Source: Cercozoa sp. M6MM (Eukaryota; Protista; Endomyxa: Ascetosporea). Taken from it: a stretch of DNA of 64,000 nucleotides. The notes beneath the pieces were generated by a model. That model did no database searches. It was not told where the DNA came from and saw nothing but the letters and a program-made list of their open reading frames with translations. The stretch lies in the NCBI GenBank assembly GCA_040357565.1, contig JBDODJ010000002.1; one strand, written 5' to 3'. Position 1 is the stretch's first letter. Each line of letters begins with the position of its first letter. This document shows, in pieces, positions 48,697 through 63,869 of the stretch. Made by a program: the position numbers and the translations under genes.

Positions 48697-51407
48697 TCAA
48701 TGGATGCCATTGGTGATGCGCTGGTACTGGTCGTACTGCGCAGTGCGCCAGTTTTGCATGCTGTTGTACACCATGGTGACGACGTGCTCCATGAGTGCAC
48801 CGTCGTCGAGATCGGCCACAAAGCGCGCACGCAACTCGCCCAATGCGTCCTGCCTCACGAACTGCCCAAAGGGAGGGGTTGTCGGTCGGGTAGATAGCTA
48901 GATAGGACAGGAGGTAGTTACACAGGGCAATGACGGTCCCTGCTGCATCACCGAGCAAAGCAGCACGAACTTGTCGACGTGTGCGCGCAGTGCCTGCAGT
49001 CCGCGGAACATGAGCACCTGGAAGTAGCTGAAGCACTCCGAGTCCTCGCCGCCCATTATGAGGATCTGCATCATATGGGGGGGGGGTAGATGTGGGTAGA
49101 GAGGTAAGGGGAGTAAGACAGCAGTACATCGTCGCGAGTCAGCTTGAAGGGCGCACTCTCAAAGTTGAGATTGCCACCCGGCGACGAGCCGAGAAGGAAG
49201 CCAAAGTCGATGTGCACCACTCTGCCATCACGGCACATGAGAATGTTTCCGTTGTGCCGGTCGCGCAGTGCCAGAATGTGCGCCACCAGCGCGTACGCTG
49301 CCTGCTCAGATCAAGCCAAGTCTCAGCAAAAGTTGCTTCACTCGAAACATCGCAAAGTTTTCACTCGAAACATCGCAAAGCTTTTTACTCGAAACATCGC
49401 AAAGCTATGCACTCAAAATTGCCGCAAAGCTTTGAAAAACGAAAGCGCCATGTACCGAGCTTTCGGCGAAGCGTCGCTGCGCAGCCTCGAGAGCGTCGTC
49501 GCCACCCTGCGCGAGGAAGCGTCGCTCGAACCACTGGTGCAGCGACACGGCCGGACGACGCGCCGCGAGCGTCTTCTTGAGCGAGTCGATGCTGACGGCA
49601 TCGAGCACGGTCTCCAGCACGCCACAGTCGGCGCCAGTCACAGTGACCGAGTAGGGCGTCAGTCGCAGCGGCAAACCGACGTGCTGCCACACGACGTGCA
49701 TGAGTGAGATGAGCTGCATGGCCAGATGCTCTTGTCGCAGGTCGTCGCCACCTTTGAAAATGTACGAAGCGAGCTGCTGCGACAAAGCTTTGCCATTCAG
49801 CAGACGCTGCGAGCGCTGCTGCCACGGCTCACCGAACACATCTTCGTCTTCGTCGCGCTCGTCTTTCGCTTCGCCTTTCGTCTCGCATTTCGCACCGTTT
49901 TTCGCATCGCTTTCGCGTTTCGCATCACTTTTCGCATCGCTACTCACGTCGCTTTTCGCATCGCTTTTCACATCGCTTTGCGTGCGCCGCAGACGACGCG
50001 CGATCTGCCAATCTGAGCAGAGGAGGTCGGGCGAGGCGCGCTCGCACTCGCACAGGAAGAGGAAGGGCACCTTGTCGCGCGACGACAGGCACACGGCCTC
50101 CTGGTGCAGGATGCGCGCCACCGCGATGTGCGGCTGCGACGCGAGATGCGGCGCTCCCAGCGGCACGTAGAGTCCGCGCGGAAGCTCGTGCTGCAGTCGC
50201 TCGAGCTGCTCCGACAGTTTCGCCTTCCTCCTGGCCTTGGAAACACCGCCTACTCAACAATACAATTTGAGAGGCTTTGAGTTGAGTTGAGTTGCTTTGC
50301 AATGAGTTGAGTTGAGTTGCTTTCATGAGTTGAATTGAGTTGCTTTGCGATATGAGTGGGGAGAGGGGTACCGAGGTAGTGCGAGACTCGCTCGAGCATA
50401 CGAAACAAGGCAGTGACGGCGTCGAAGTAGTCGCAGCGCAGCGTCTTCTCCTCAGCGACCTGTCGATGCAAGCTTGCGACGCTCAGAGCGTCGTCGCAAT
50501 CGATCGCGTCGATTTCGCGTGGTTCCGAGTCGAGCTCGCGTGTTTCAACAGTGCAGCAGGTGATTTCACTCGAAATTTCGCTTTCCTCGCTTTCGCTTGG
50601 AGAGCTTTCACTTCGAGAGCTGTCGCTTTGACAGCTTCGCGTGAGATCGTTGGTGCTTCCGCGCGGAGAACTCACTGGAGAGGCCGAGCGACTGCCGGAT
50701 TGCGTCAACTCGTCCGCGCGGAAGTGAGTTAGACTGTCGTGGTAGCGCGACGGCACGGCAGCGTTGACGGCAGCTTGCTCCACCTGCCCGAGCATCTCGC
50801 GACATCGCACGCTTTGCTCCGACTCGCGCGCGTAGCACAGCGACGCCTCCAGCAGCCACACCGTCTTGATGGCCACGTGCAGCGACTGCGCGCACCGGTA
50901 CAGCAACTCGCCGCGCAACGTGTGCGAAGCTGCCTCGGGCCACGCCACCTGCGGCCACAGACACATCAAAGCTTTTCAAGCAAAGCTTTTCAAGCACTTC
51001 GCAAGGTGAAGCAAGCACTTCGAAACAAAGTAAGAGAAATAAAGAGATAAACGAAAGGTACCACCAAAGCGACGAACTGCGGCAGCAAAAACTCGAACGC
51101 ATCGAGCGACAGGTTGTGCAACAATCGCGACGCTTGCGCGCGCGGCTTCTACTCACGTACACGTTTTCAAGCGCAACAACAAAGCGAAACAACACAAAGC
51201 GAAGCGAAATAACGCAAATTAAAGCGAAGCAACACAAACCGAAACGAAACGAAGCAATGCACGTTGAAACAAAGCAATGCACGCGAAACAAAGCGAAACA
51301 AGCAGTACCTTGGGACCGCGAAAGAGCATGCGAAGCACGCCCCAGGCGTCGAAGCGCGCATCGGCCGCACCCGTGATGTCACGGCGGAAACGCTCACGAG
51401 AGTCCAT
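48697..51407 (-). CDS. PI4KB: Phosphatidylinositol 4-kinase type III beta
   Basis: EFLLPQF; LSSRDKVPFLFLCE; IFKGGDDLRQEHLAMQLI; ILALRDRHNGNIL..DGRVVHIDFGFLLGSSPGGNLNFESAPFKLT; WRTAQYDQYQRITNGIH*. Confidence 0.96.
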
Positions 51408-51747
51408 CTTTCGTCAGCGACACCGGGATCTCGCGTGAGCAGGCCAAAGAAAAAACACAGTCGATTTCGTCAGACAACGAACTTCGGTTCTCTGCGTGCT
51501 ATCGATCGGGCATCCACGCTCAAATCAATACAATGTGTTTCGCGCCGTATCGAGCACCTCTCGTGTGAACTCGTAGCACAGCACGCCTTGTGAGCACACT
51601 GAAGACGCGAGGAACAATACACAACTCTCGATTCTCGGTTTGATGATTGGCAGACATTTGTGGGCCGTTTGGACCACCACAAATAAAAAAAGGTTAAAAG
51701 TCGTTGTTTCAAGTTGTTTTAGTGCTATGGTAGCAGATCGTATCAGC

Positions 51748-53832
<2,085 letters not shown>

Positions 53833-54427
53833 TTTGGCACCTTTCTCACCTTCGCCTTCGCTGTCTTCGTCCTTGATCTTCGCTATTTCGATTCCTTCCT
53901 GCACGGAGATTGATCTCTATCTTCTCTAGCGCTCTTGAGCACACTCTGCTGCACAGATCGTGCGTCAATCTATTGCTGAATTCGGCTGCGTTTCTTCCTC
54001 CAATTTTCTGGGTCCAGTACGCAGGGCACTAATTCCCGACAGAAAGCAGACAGCTAAAGCAGCCTGCGTCTCTCGAGAAGCAGGCTCAGAATCTGCACGT
54101 TTGGTCAAAAGATTGGTACAAGGAAACGCCGCCTCTGCCGCTTTAAACTCATAAAACAGGTGCATAATCTAATGGGCAAGCTTATGCATTAATTTAAGCG
54201 TATATGCTGACACAACTTGCATTTTTCTTTTTTTGGAGTACGCTTGTTCTGTGTAGGCTCTTCACAGAAACCAATGATGTTCGCACAACCCTAATTCGCT
54301 CAAGTTGACTCTCGGTTTATGAAGTAAGAAGCAGTTTGGCCCGAAGAGCTTTCGGGCGCACGCAGCGCGCAACAAAACAGGGAGTTTCGATTCGCGAGCA
54401 AAAAGAAGTTTTGCTTTTCCAAGAGAG

Positions 54428-57256
54428 ATGCAACGCAGTGGGCCTTACGTGCCTCAACGACCAGGTTTGAACACTGGCGGCGACGGCGGATTTCACGATG
54501 TCGCCATATTTTCTCTTGGCGATCACGGACTGCCGTGTACTGCACCGGGACCAGCGGCAGCTTCAACGCTGTTTCAGAGCGAAGATGAGTCGCCGCAACG
54601 ATCACTATTGCAGCGAGCGGTCCTGTTCTTTGCGCTGTTCATTCTGGCAGTGCTTTTGCCTCGCACAATAATCTTCGACCTGTCACGGTCTCCATCGGTC
54701 GAATCGAGCGCGAACTCAAGTCTACCAACGTCGCAGGTGACTTTGCCTGTGTTGGCACGAATGAAAACTGAGAGGGCACCGGCACAACAAGCGCGAGTAC
54801 AGCAAGCAGTGTTCCCGGCGCTTGGCTTGCGAGCTTTAGAGACTGAAGTACGCAGCGTGCTCGTGCACGACACTGGACGACGCGAGTCGATACTACCTCT
54901 CACTGTGGCAGTGCTGTATCGCGAGACTTTGCTTGGGTGACTCTTTGTTCAAAGTGTGCGTTTCGTTTCGTACCAGAGTAAAAACGCATTGTACACTGAC
55001 TACAGGTGCCGAGACATGACGAATTTCATCTCCGACAAGTTCGCGACCGTGTTCGTGATGCAGAAGGACGTGGCCGAAGTGCTCGAAGTACCGCGACTCT
55101 TCCGACCTGGTAGGAGAGTCTGTTTTCTCGGGATGATCGTTTAAAGTCCTGCAACGTCTTGTGTGTGAAGATTCGACTGGTGTTGCTCCCGTTAGCAAGT
55201 CTCCTCATGTTGGTATCAGTCAGTTGCTTTGTCACTGGCCAATACAAAACTATAAAACATATAAATATTCGGTTGATCGGCTCCTCACTCTAGGTTTGGT
55301 GATGCTGAACGACTACAAAGGCGACAACTGGGCCAGAGCTGTAGCGTTTGCCTACTTACACCATGGCGGCATCGCTGTTCCGAATGGCACAAGTAAATTC
55401 ACAAAGCTAAAAATTTACTCTTCAATCTTCAAATTTCCGTCAAAATCCTGCAAATATTAGAGAAATTTGACGAAATTCTGCGACACAAGGTGCCACGTCC
55501 GTTACATGAGGATTTTGGTGACTTCATGATGGCGTCGAACTGCGATATCATCCCGATCAAATTCCCGACCTCGCGCATGTTGAAACCTTCAGTAAATCCA
55601 TTTGTTCTCCAACTGACGGCTGCTTTTGTTTCTTTTCCATTTCAGTTATCGAAGCAGGTGCAAGAATCGTTTGTTCGAACTTGCGAAGTGGCGCGGCAGC
55701 TTCGAAACGAGAGCTTATTCACCTTGGTGCTATGCTTACACAACTTGTGTTCACCCATGCGAACGCATTGAACAGGCTCCGATACTGTACGAAAGCCAAG
55801 AACTCGGACGAAACAAAGGAAGATTGACAGTGCATGTACGATACAGTCTTTGTCAGTTTCTTCAGTTTTTGTTTTTCAATGACTCTTGCGATTCTTAAAA
55901 AAGGGAGACCAAAAGAAAATGCGACCCTTCAAGAAGAGCTTTCTCGAAGAGGCGACATACTTTTCCGAAGCGCACGCTGTTTTGTATGACTTGCAACGCT
56001 TACGCCAGAACAACTGTGCGGTCGCCGTCGATTATTTTCGTTCCGCATGGAAGCACTTGCAGGTCAGTCAATCACACTCGCTTGTTGGGTTAGCTTTTGA
56101 TCTTATAACTTTCCCACTGTAGTCAGAACACACTGTCTTGCGACCGTTCTTGTGAGATTAACGTCTTATTGCCACTCCGGCACCTTTAATTCCCCTGTCC
56201 TTAATTTCTGTTTCAGAAAGAAGCACGGTCTGCGAGCCTTTCGACTGCAAACACATCCTCTGTTCTTCGATGCAGCAGGTACTGTATGGCACTGACCTGT
56301 TTTTCCTTCTGTGTTTGTGTCGCCTGCTTGCTGAATCGAATGAAACAATTCAAAAAGGAAGAGAAGCGTACCAGCTGACACCAGAGGTGCAGTATCCTTC
56401 TAACTCACTTCACTCAGTTGGAACTGTTTCAACTTGTGCAGAAACAAACAAAGCTGTGTGTCTTACACTGGCGTGAAGTAAGCAAACACTTGAGACCAGT
56501 GCAATGCTATCTCGACGCCAAGGCACTCAACTTCCCTTCTTTGACTGTTTTCTGGTAAATGTGTGACAACTGACTGCGTGACTTGTTTTATGGTTTCTCT
56601 TTTTCAGCAACGAGTTCATTCACGCTCACTTTGGACCTTCGTGGGTGCCTGCAAGGCTAGCCAAAGCTCCCATGAAAATGAAAGGTGCTTTCATAAAACG
56701 CACCCAACTGAAGCCCCGAGAAAGTGTGAAATATTGCAGACCCGCTGGCGCACGATTTGCTTGTGTACGTGCTACAAACGCTCGGCTACGAGCTTGAAAG
56801 CGAAAACGACAGCACAATTAAGTTCCGCATGTTTGCGCCGCATTGGGCGATTCGGCATTACGCGCACGCTGGTACAGTGAGCTCGAGCCTAAATTAGTAT
56901 CTTGTTGTTCACTATTGACTTTGCGTTTTGGTGTCTGTGATGCTGCAGTTCAGTTGGTTGACATGGACACTGCACCTCTGAACGATCGCCGTGCCTGTTT
57001 CATGACCCTCCGCAACAACAAATCCAAGTAAAATGAGCCTCAGTCTTTTACATTATTTAAGTGTTTTTGCCGATACAATGATGACAATGTTTCGCTGTGT
57101 CGCAGACTCTTTGGCCTCAGGATGCGCAGAGACTGGTACTGGCTAAATGTCCATACTGGCAGCATTCCTCAGTCCCATTTTCTTGACAGGAAGCCACGGC
57201 ATAACCGGACACTCACGTTGCCAGGTGATCCAAATATTGGCGAACCTGTGAACTGA
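54428..57256 (+). CDS. Hypothetical type II membrane protein, possibly glycosyltransferase-like
   Basis: Single TM (AVLFFALFILAVLLP) after a short cytosolic tail, then a long spliced luminal region including ARAVAFAYLHHGGI (weakly GT32-like, no DxD). Confidence 0.5.
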
Positions 57257-57463
57257 AGAACATTGACATCGGATACCCCGTACTCATTCAATTACTTTTT
57301 TGTTGTCCAGTTGGCGCGATCGTCGGCTTGCACCACCAACCGCCTCTGTGACCCTAGTTGACGTGAACTAGATTCGGGGACGCAGACGTACCACGTCAGT
57401 GCTGAACGGACCTGCGCTGAACAACCTCGATAATTTACGTATCGTACGCGTATATAGTAAGTA

Positions 57464-57926
57464 TGTTACAGCATGATCTACTGTATCCGCGCGGAAGCCA
57501 CTTTAAGACTCACAAAATACCTTAAGATAAATGTGGAAGTTGTTGACGTGTGTTCGCTGGTACCCTGACCTACTTTTTCAGCTGAACTCAAAAAAGAGCT
57601 CTCTCGACCAAGTACTAGGTACTCTGATCTCCAAAACCAGTTGCTTCGCTTCTACCCGACCTCTGTCTTTCCAGAGGCCTTTCTTCATTTCTTCCTTCTG
57701 ACTACCCGGCCGGGCCTCTCTTCCTTCTCGACCACTCGAGTCTACATCCTGTACTTTGCCCACCCTATCTTGGGGTAACTACGCGACGTCTGAACTGACT
57801 ACGTCTGCTGACTCAATTCTTCATGTCGATTCCATTTGTTTCTTTAGTCTTTTTCCTATAGCACTTTCGTTTTATTGCGTTGCACTGCCAAACGAAAGCC
57901 CCCATTTCTGAAAGGCTGCGGTTACA
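57464..57926. mobile_element. Solo-LTR-like dispersed repeat, copy 2 (463 bp, TGTTACAGC...GGCTGCGGTTACA), with core inverted relative to copy 1
   Basis: Shares TGTTACAGCATGA.CTACTGTATCCGCGC, CCTCTG.CTTTCCAGAGGCC.TTCTT, TTGGGGTAACT and the GGCTGCG..ACA end with 35855-36332. Confidence 0.65.
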
Positions 57927-58077
57927 AATAGCACACTAGTCGAGTGAACGCAAACTACTCCCATTGCATTGATTCACGTCAGCTCGCGCCAAATCCGATC
58001 GAAGGAAACTAAAGAGGTCGCGACGGGGGGCCGATCAGGCACAAGTATCCGTATGACAGACACACCCGACCATCCTT

Positions 58078-60262
58078 TTAGAAGTAAACAATCATGACGC
58101 TGATGTTGTCGAGACTCCTCCTGCACACACACCACGTATGCACACACGGTATGGCTCGAGGAGGGAGGTGGGGTACCGGTCCAGTGCCGTCTGGATGAGG
58201 TCGCGACACACCTGTTCCAGTACGGGTCGCAACTGCGCCTTGCTGTAGCTTGGCCGAGACGTCACTGTCTTCGTTGCCGCTGATTGCGACACTTGCTGCT
58301 GTTGCTCCTGCTCTTGCTGTTGCTGCTGTTGCTCCTCTTCCTTCTGTTGCTGTTCCTCCTCATTCTCCTGCTCGTGCTGCGCATCCTGCTGCTCGTGCTC
58401 TTTCTCTTGCTCGTCCTGCTGCTCTGGTTCCTGGTGTTGCTCTTCTTGCTCTGCTTCCTGTTGCTGCTCCTCCTCCTTTTCTTCTTCTTTTCCTTGCTGC
58501 TGCTGACCGTCGCCAGCAACGAGTTCAGCCACACGCTTGTCGACAAAATCAATCACGTCCTGCGTTTCCCCCACCACAAGAGTCAAAAAAGCTCAGGCTC
58601 AATACAGGGCACAGGAGAAACGCACCTGGTCATCCATGACATCCCAGATACCGTCGCATGCCAACACAACGTACTCGCACTCAGCGTCCAGTCGCGTCAT
58701 TGTCATGTGCGGCTCTGCTGATACCTGCAGGGGGGGGGGGGGGGGGGTAAAGGGGCTGGCCGGGATAAAGGGGCTGGCTATAGGGGGAGGGGTAATGAGT
58801 ACCGCCGGCTTGAGCATGTGGTCGCCCAGGGCACGCGACACGGCGAGAATGCCATTGACGCGTTGGAAGCGTCCGATGAAGCCGCCAACCGACGTGACGC
58901 GCTGCGCCTCCTCGGGGTCCTGCGGCTTGTGATCGCGCGTCAGTCGCTCGGCACGTCCGTTGCGACACAGCACGGCTGGGGTGGGGGTAAAGGGGTATGT
59001 TGTGTGTGGGGTGATGCGCACATACCTCTCGAGTCGCCAACATTGGCCGTGAAGAGCGTCTCGTGTCGCAGCAGACACGTGACGGCCGTGGCACCCGACT
59101 GCATAATATTACGCCGGCGTACCTGACCGTCCGTGTGCAGGAACACATCGCTGATCGCTGCTTTCACTGCCTCCTCCTCCTCTGCCATTCGTCAAGTTGA
59201 ATTTTGCTTTGAGTTGGGTTGAGTTGAGTTGGGTTGAGTTGAGTTGAGTTGTGATGACTTTATGTACCTGCCTCAGAGCTAACCTTGTCTAGTCGGTGCT
59301 TCAGGTTCAGCGGCAGCGTGCGAACCACACAGTCCACTGCACTCGCAAACATCACATGTCATTGATATCAAAAGCAAAAAACCAAAGCAAAAAGTGAAAC
59401 AAAGAAACGCACCAGTCTGTCGACCGCCATGACCGTCGTAGAGACAGAAAAGCGCTTGCTTCGGATCGCCGTTAAAGCAGTCTTGCATCGAGTGAGAGTC
59501 CTCCTGCGATATTAGACATATTGAAAGCGTCGCTTTGAATGTGAAAGCTTTGCTTTGACTAGGTACCATGTAGGTGCGCCGACCGATTTCGCCAAGCGAC
59601 GCAGCCGCACGGACCGACACCCTGAAGCGAAAAAAGCGAAATCAACGCCCGCAATTCCGAAAGCAGCGATTTCAAAAACAAAGCAATCGCTTTGAAAGCA
59701 AAGCGTACCACTCCTTGTTGTTCGGCTCGCAGACCTCGTCCGCGAACTCCTTTCGCACTTCTTCCTGCAGAGGAAAAAGAAGCTTTGCGCTCACATGAAA
59801 AAGCAAGAAAAACACTTGTACCAGCTGCTGCTTGACGAGTTCGACGCACTGCTTCAGCGCGCTCTGATCGTCACGATGCACGTCCTCGGGCAGCACGAGG
59901 AATTCCTTCTCGCCGAGCACTTCAAACCCGATCGCACGCAGCAGCGCCTCGCCGTCTTCGATGTGGCCCAGTCGCTCCTGAGAAAAGCCAAAAAGAAACT
60001 CAACTCAACTCGACTCAACTTTACCCAACCCAACTCAACCCAACTCAACTCTCTCAACTCAAAGTTCGGCCTTGCTTTCGACAATGGAGTGCGAAAAATG
60101 CGAGAGCGGCAAGTGACGTACCTGGTAATTAATGTTCGCAATGCGAATCTTGCGGAAACGCGCGTCGAGCGGCGCCTTGATCACATTGTGCATGTACACC
60201 AACATCGTCTCCAATGCCTCGGCGAAATCCACGGCACACGCGCGTGCTTTCACTTCCTCCAT
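58078..60262 (-). CDS. PUB domain-PP2C (PPM) phosphatase fusion with a poly-Q/E insertion
   Basis: PUB: ALETMLVYMHNVIKAPLDARFRKIRIANINYQ|ERLG..DGEALLRAIGF. PP2C: GRRTYM|ED, LYDGHGG, ANVGDSR, DHKP, LAVSRALGD, LACDGIWDV, SLDNISV. Confidence 0.92.
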
Positions 60263-60755
60263 GGCCTCACTCACCTAAGCATACACACCAAAGCATGCGC
60301 CGCAGATATCACCTGTAAACACAGAAAGAAGAACAGGAAAAAGCGTTTCTCATCCCGCGATCACTCATGGGCACAATTTGACACCAGATGGCCATACAAA
60401 CAAAGACACACAACTAGAGCGTGTACTGCAACCAGTACACAGCTGTGTGCACACAGTGCGGCTGTGGCACATGAGGAGCATGATGTCTCACCATGCTGGC
60501 GAAATCAGCGCCTCGCCTCTCTGAGGACACCTCCGGCAGTCGTTGTGTTCTCCTGCCCATACTATAAAGCTAACTTGGTCTTGGATCGCTGAGCAGTGCT
60601 CACAGCCGACCCTGAGCAGGCTGCAGTGGGAGGAGTGAAGCATCGCCTTTTTCTGGACCATGTAGTCCATCTGGACGGTATATTCCGACATCATTCGGTT
60701 AAGGGAACACTGGCGCCGACAAGCCAGAAATCTTGCACATCTCGTGCAGTCAGCG

Positions 60756-61820
60756 ATGTTCCGTGCAGCTGTGCAGTCTCGTGCGTCAATCAAGCCGGTT
60801 CAGGCGCGGTATGTGCTTGATAGTTTTTTTTTCGCGCAAGATTGGCCCAGCTAGGCCCAGTGCTGATTTGACTGTGTCTGTGCGACCTTGATATGTGTTT
60901 AGATTCTTCGCCGTGCCGAAGAAGAAGCGGTCGCTCGCGCGACGTAAATCATCGCATGTGCTTTGGTTGGGGGTGCATTTCTCGTGTGCTTGCTTGTGGT
61001 CTTGACACAGGACGCAAGCGATGGACGCACCTCAAGCTCACCAAGAAGGGCCTGCAGCCAGTGCCGACCAACCACTATTCATTCTGTGAGAACTGCGGTG
61101 CCGGCAAGCGGGCGCACTATGTGTGTCATCGCTGTGTCACTGACGGTCGTGTCGCCTACCCTGCTGGGTACACACCAGGCCTACTTCCTTTCCGTGCAAG
61201 ACTTGAAGGAAAGGATCCTTTGTGTAGTATTGCCGGCACCAAGATCAGCTTTCCTCCGGAAGCGTACCACGGTGTGCGCGGCAGCAGTTTCGAAACTTAC
61301 GCTGACGTAAGATTGTGTGCTCTCTGAAATCGAAATTCTCACAACTTTTGTTTTTACAGGACGACAAGGCCAAGCAATACTCAACGTTTGACGGCATGGT
61401 GATCGACACTCCGTTCGACGAGCGTGAGCAGGTGCTTTCTTTTTCTCGTCGTTAATTCTTCCGCGTTTCTCATAATCGCGTTTTTTCTGTGTGAGCAGAA
61501 AGCTGTGTTGGACGCACGTCGCGGTCTGGCGCACTTCCAGTCGCAGTACGGCAGCGAGCAGTTGAGCACTGAGCAGTTCCGCGTGGTAGGCGATCGACTC
61601 GATAATTTGTTCTTTCTAATTATCGTTTATTTCTCACTCGCTGTAGGTGCGGCCGTTCTACGTGCCGGACGCGCCGACTGAAGACAAGCACACGCGCAGA
61701 TTGCGGTCACTGGAGGGCTCGAGCGACGTTTCTCGTTCCGAGGATCTCTTCGTGGATGACGGCGAGATCGATCTCATCGACCAGAAGAAGCGAATCGCGC
61801 AGCTCACTGACGTTGCTTGA
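60756..61820 (+). CDS. MRPL32: Mitochondrial ribosomal protein bL32m with presequence and long C-terminal extension
   Basis: MFRAAVQSRASIKPVQAR|FFAVPKKKRSLARR|RKR...CENCGAGKRAHYVCHRC. Confidence 0.88.
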
Positions 61821-61979
61821 ACTGAATCGAAACCGAAAACTGAAACCAACGCAAATTCGAACTGGATTGAACACGCTGGCGGTTAACTCGTCGAGTCATA
61901 CGAATGCGATGCGTGACGCGGGCAGTTTAAGTTAAACTTAGACGAAATAAGTGCACTGCAGCGGTCGTTTGCGGTGAAG

Positions 61980-63869
61980 CTAGCGCGCATCGTCCATGCC
62001 AAGTAAGAATTCACCATGTTCCAGCCCGCAGAGCGTCATCTCGGTGGCTACATGCCGTAATCCATGCCAGTAGTCACAAGCACAACCCCAAAGTGTGCAG
62101 CACACAAGCTGCAACTGAAGGCGAGTTGAACATACTGAGGCAGCCGCAGTCGCCGATGGTGAGCGTCAGCACGTCGTTGTCGGTCTCTCGCACCTCGGCG
62201 AGCAGCGACTTCAGCCTCGGCACGGCGTCGGGCGAGTTGACGGCGCGCGAGTAGCCGCCAAAGCTCAGGAAGGGTTCGACTGTTGGGACAACAAAGTGAG
62301 CGACACAGGCAACGCAGCACAAGGGAAGACTGAAGCAGCATACCACCCGAGAGCAGTGCATCCTCCTCCAAAGCAGCACGCACGTCGAACGCGAAGTCTT
62401 CGTTGTATTCATTCTCCGCCTCAAGTGCGTAAGTGTCGACCTCGATGCCATAGCTCAAACTCAGACGGCAAGGGAAGCGTTTCTCGTCCTTCACTTCCAC
62501 CAGCGGACATGTCAGTTCCTCTTCGTCGTTCTCCTCCTTCCCGATATCGTGCTGTCCAGGAGTCTTGTCGAACAGCAGCGAGCCTTCGTCCTCATCACTC
62601 AAGAACACCAACAGACCAGAGACGGGGAAACGACGACCCACGCCCGGCAGGCTGGGCAACTCATCTGGAAACAGCGAGAGGTATCACACAGCAAAATGAA
62701 CAGAGAGCGTTTAAGGCGGTTCTTACCCAAACGCGTCTGCAGCAGGAACTGACCGTAAGTGTCCTCGTGTTTCGGACTGAACAAACGGCCGCCAAAGCGA
62801 CTGGCGAAACGCGCGTCCTGCTGCTGTTCCTGCTCGGTTTGGTACGAAGGCTCGTGCACCGAGTCGTAGTTGCAAGCGACATTCACGACGAGTCGCAGAT
62901 GCTGCAGAATCTTGGCCCACTCGCTCGGAGAGTCACACTTTGATCGCAACAACTTCGTCGACGCAGTGTCCAGACAAAGTTGTTCCACTGTTTGAACATC
63001 ACACAAGAATTTAAACTAAAAAGCACAGAACATAGACAAACAACTTATTCGACCAACAAAACCTCTGACAGAAAGCTTCGAGTTGCACCGTGCAAAGTGA
63101 CATGCCTGCTCTTGTCGGGCGTGCGCACACAGAGGTCAAAGCAGCCGCTCGAGCGCGTGGCATCGTCATTCTCGTCAGCCACAAACAGCGTGCGCAAGAA
63201 CAGATCCTTGGTACTCTCGTCGATCTCACAGGTGGCACTCTGGCTTTTCAAATCGTCTTCCTTCGTGTGCTGAATCACAGCTTTCGCATTCTCAGTCAGA
63301 GCCTAAAACAATTTAAAATCGAAGAAGTCAGCTTCTGAAGGTGAGTGAATGATAGAGATACAGTGACGAAACGTTTCAGTAGCTTAAATGGCGTATTGCT
63401 TTCAAACGTTAGTTGCAAGGTCGCGTGTTTCTGGCGTTTCTTGAGTCTGTCAACAATGATGACTGATGACCGGGTCGCAAGAAAGAAATTGACAGGAGAA
63501 AACAAAGACAGCTGTACAGGAAAGGTAGCGACTGTGATCGCAGAAAATGGGCCAATCGCTGCTGAAGTAATGTTTCATCAGCGCATCCAAGCCACTCGGA
63601 CCGAATGTGGGCACTGAGATCATCCGGGAAAGCCTGTTTCACGTGACTCCACAGAGCAAAGTCATCTAGCAGTGAGGGTCGCTCCCTCACGACGCTATGT
63701 GCACAGTGCCACAGGTCGTCATCCGCACACACGCAGGTGTGCGTATCCAAGAAACTCGCTGGCAGACCCAAAGCCGCCGACAGTATCGTTTTCACTTGCT
63801 GCAAAGCAACATTTTGTAAACACCAACCAACCACCCAGCACAAGTTGCCACCTTTTCCAACTTTGCCAT
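61980..63869 (-). CDS. Hypothetical protein with C-terminal DUF1963/YwqG-like domain
   Basis: ASRFGG...QFLLQTRL|DELPSLP...FPVSGLLVFL...LSFGGYS...LTIGDCG follows the YwqG motif order (SKxGG, FLxQ, PxxGxLxFF, GGY, GDxG). The start is inferred (MAKLEK|QVKT). Confidence 0.6.

Noticed and set aside
18365-51407. Functional cluster of phosphoinositide genes (FYVE-TBC, PTEN, PI4KB) or cilia genes (IFT140, katanin)
   Set aside because: They are interspersed with unrelated genes, and there is no evidence beyond chance.
58284-58721. Poly-Leu 'membrane protein' ORF
   Set aside because: It is the antisense of the Q/E-rich insertion in PP2C.
60488-60793. Small minus-strand ORF between PUB-PP2C and MRPL32
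   Set aside because: It has no recognisable motif or consistent splice path, and is likely divergent promoter or UTR sequence.
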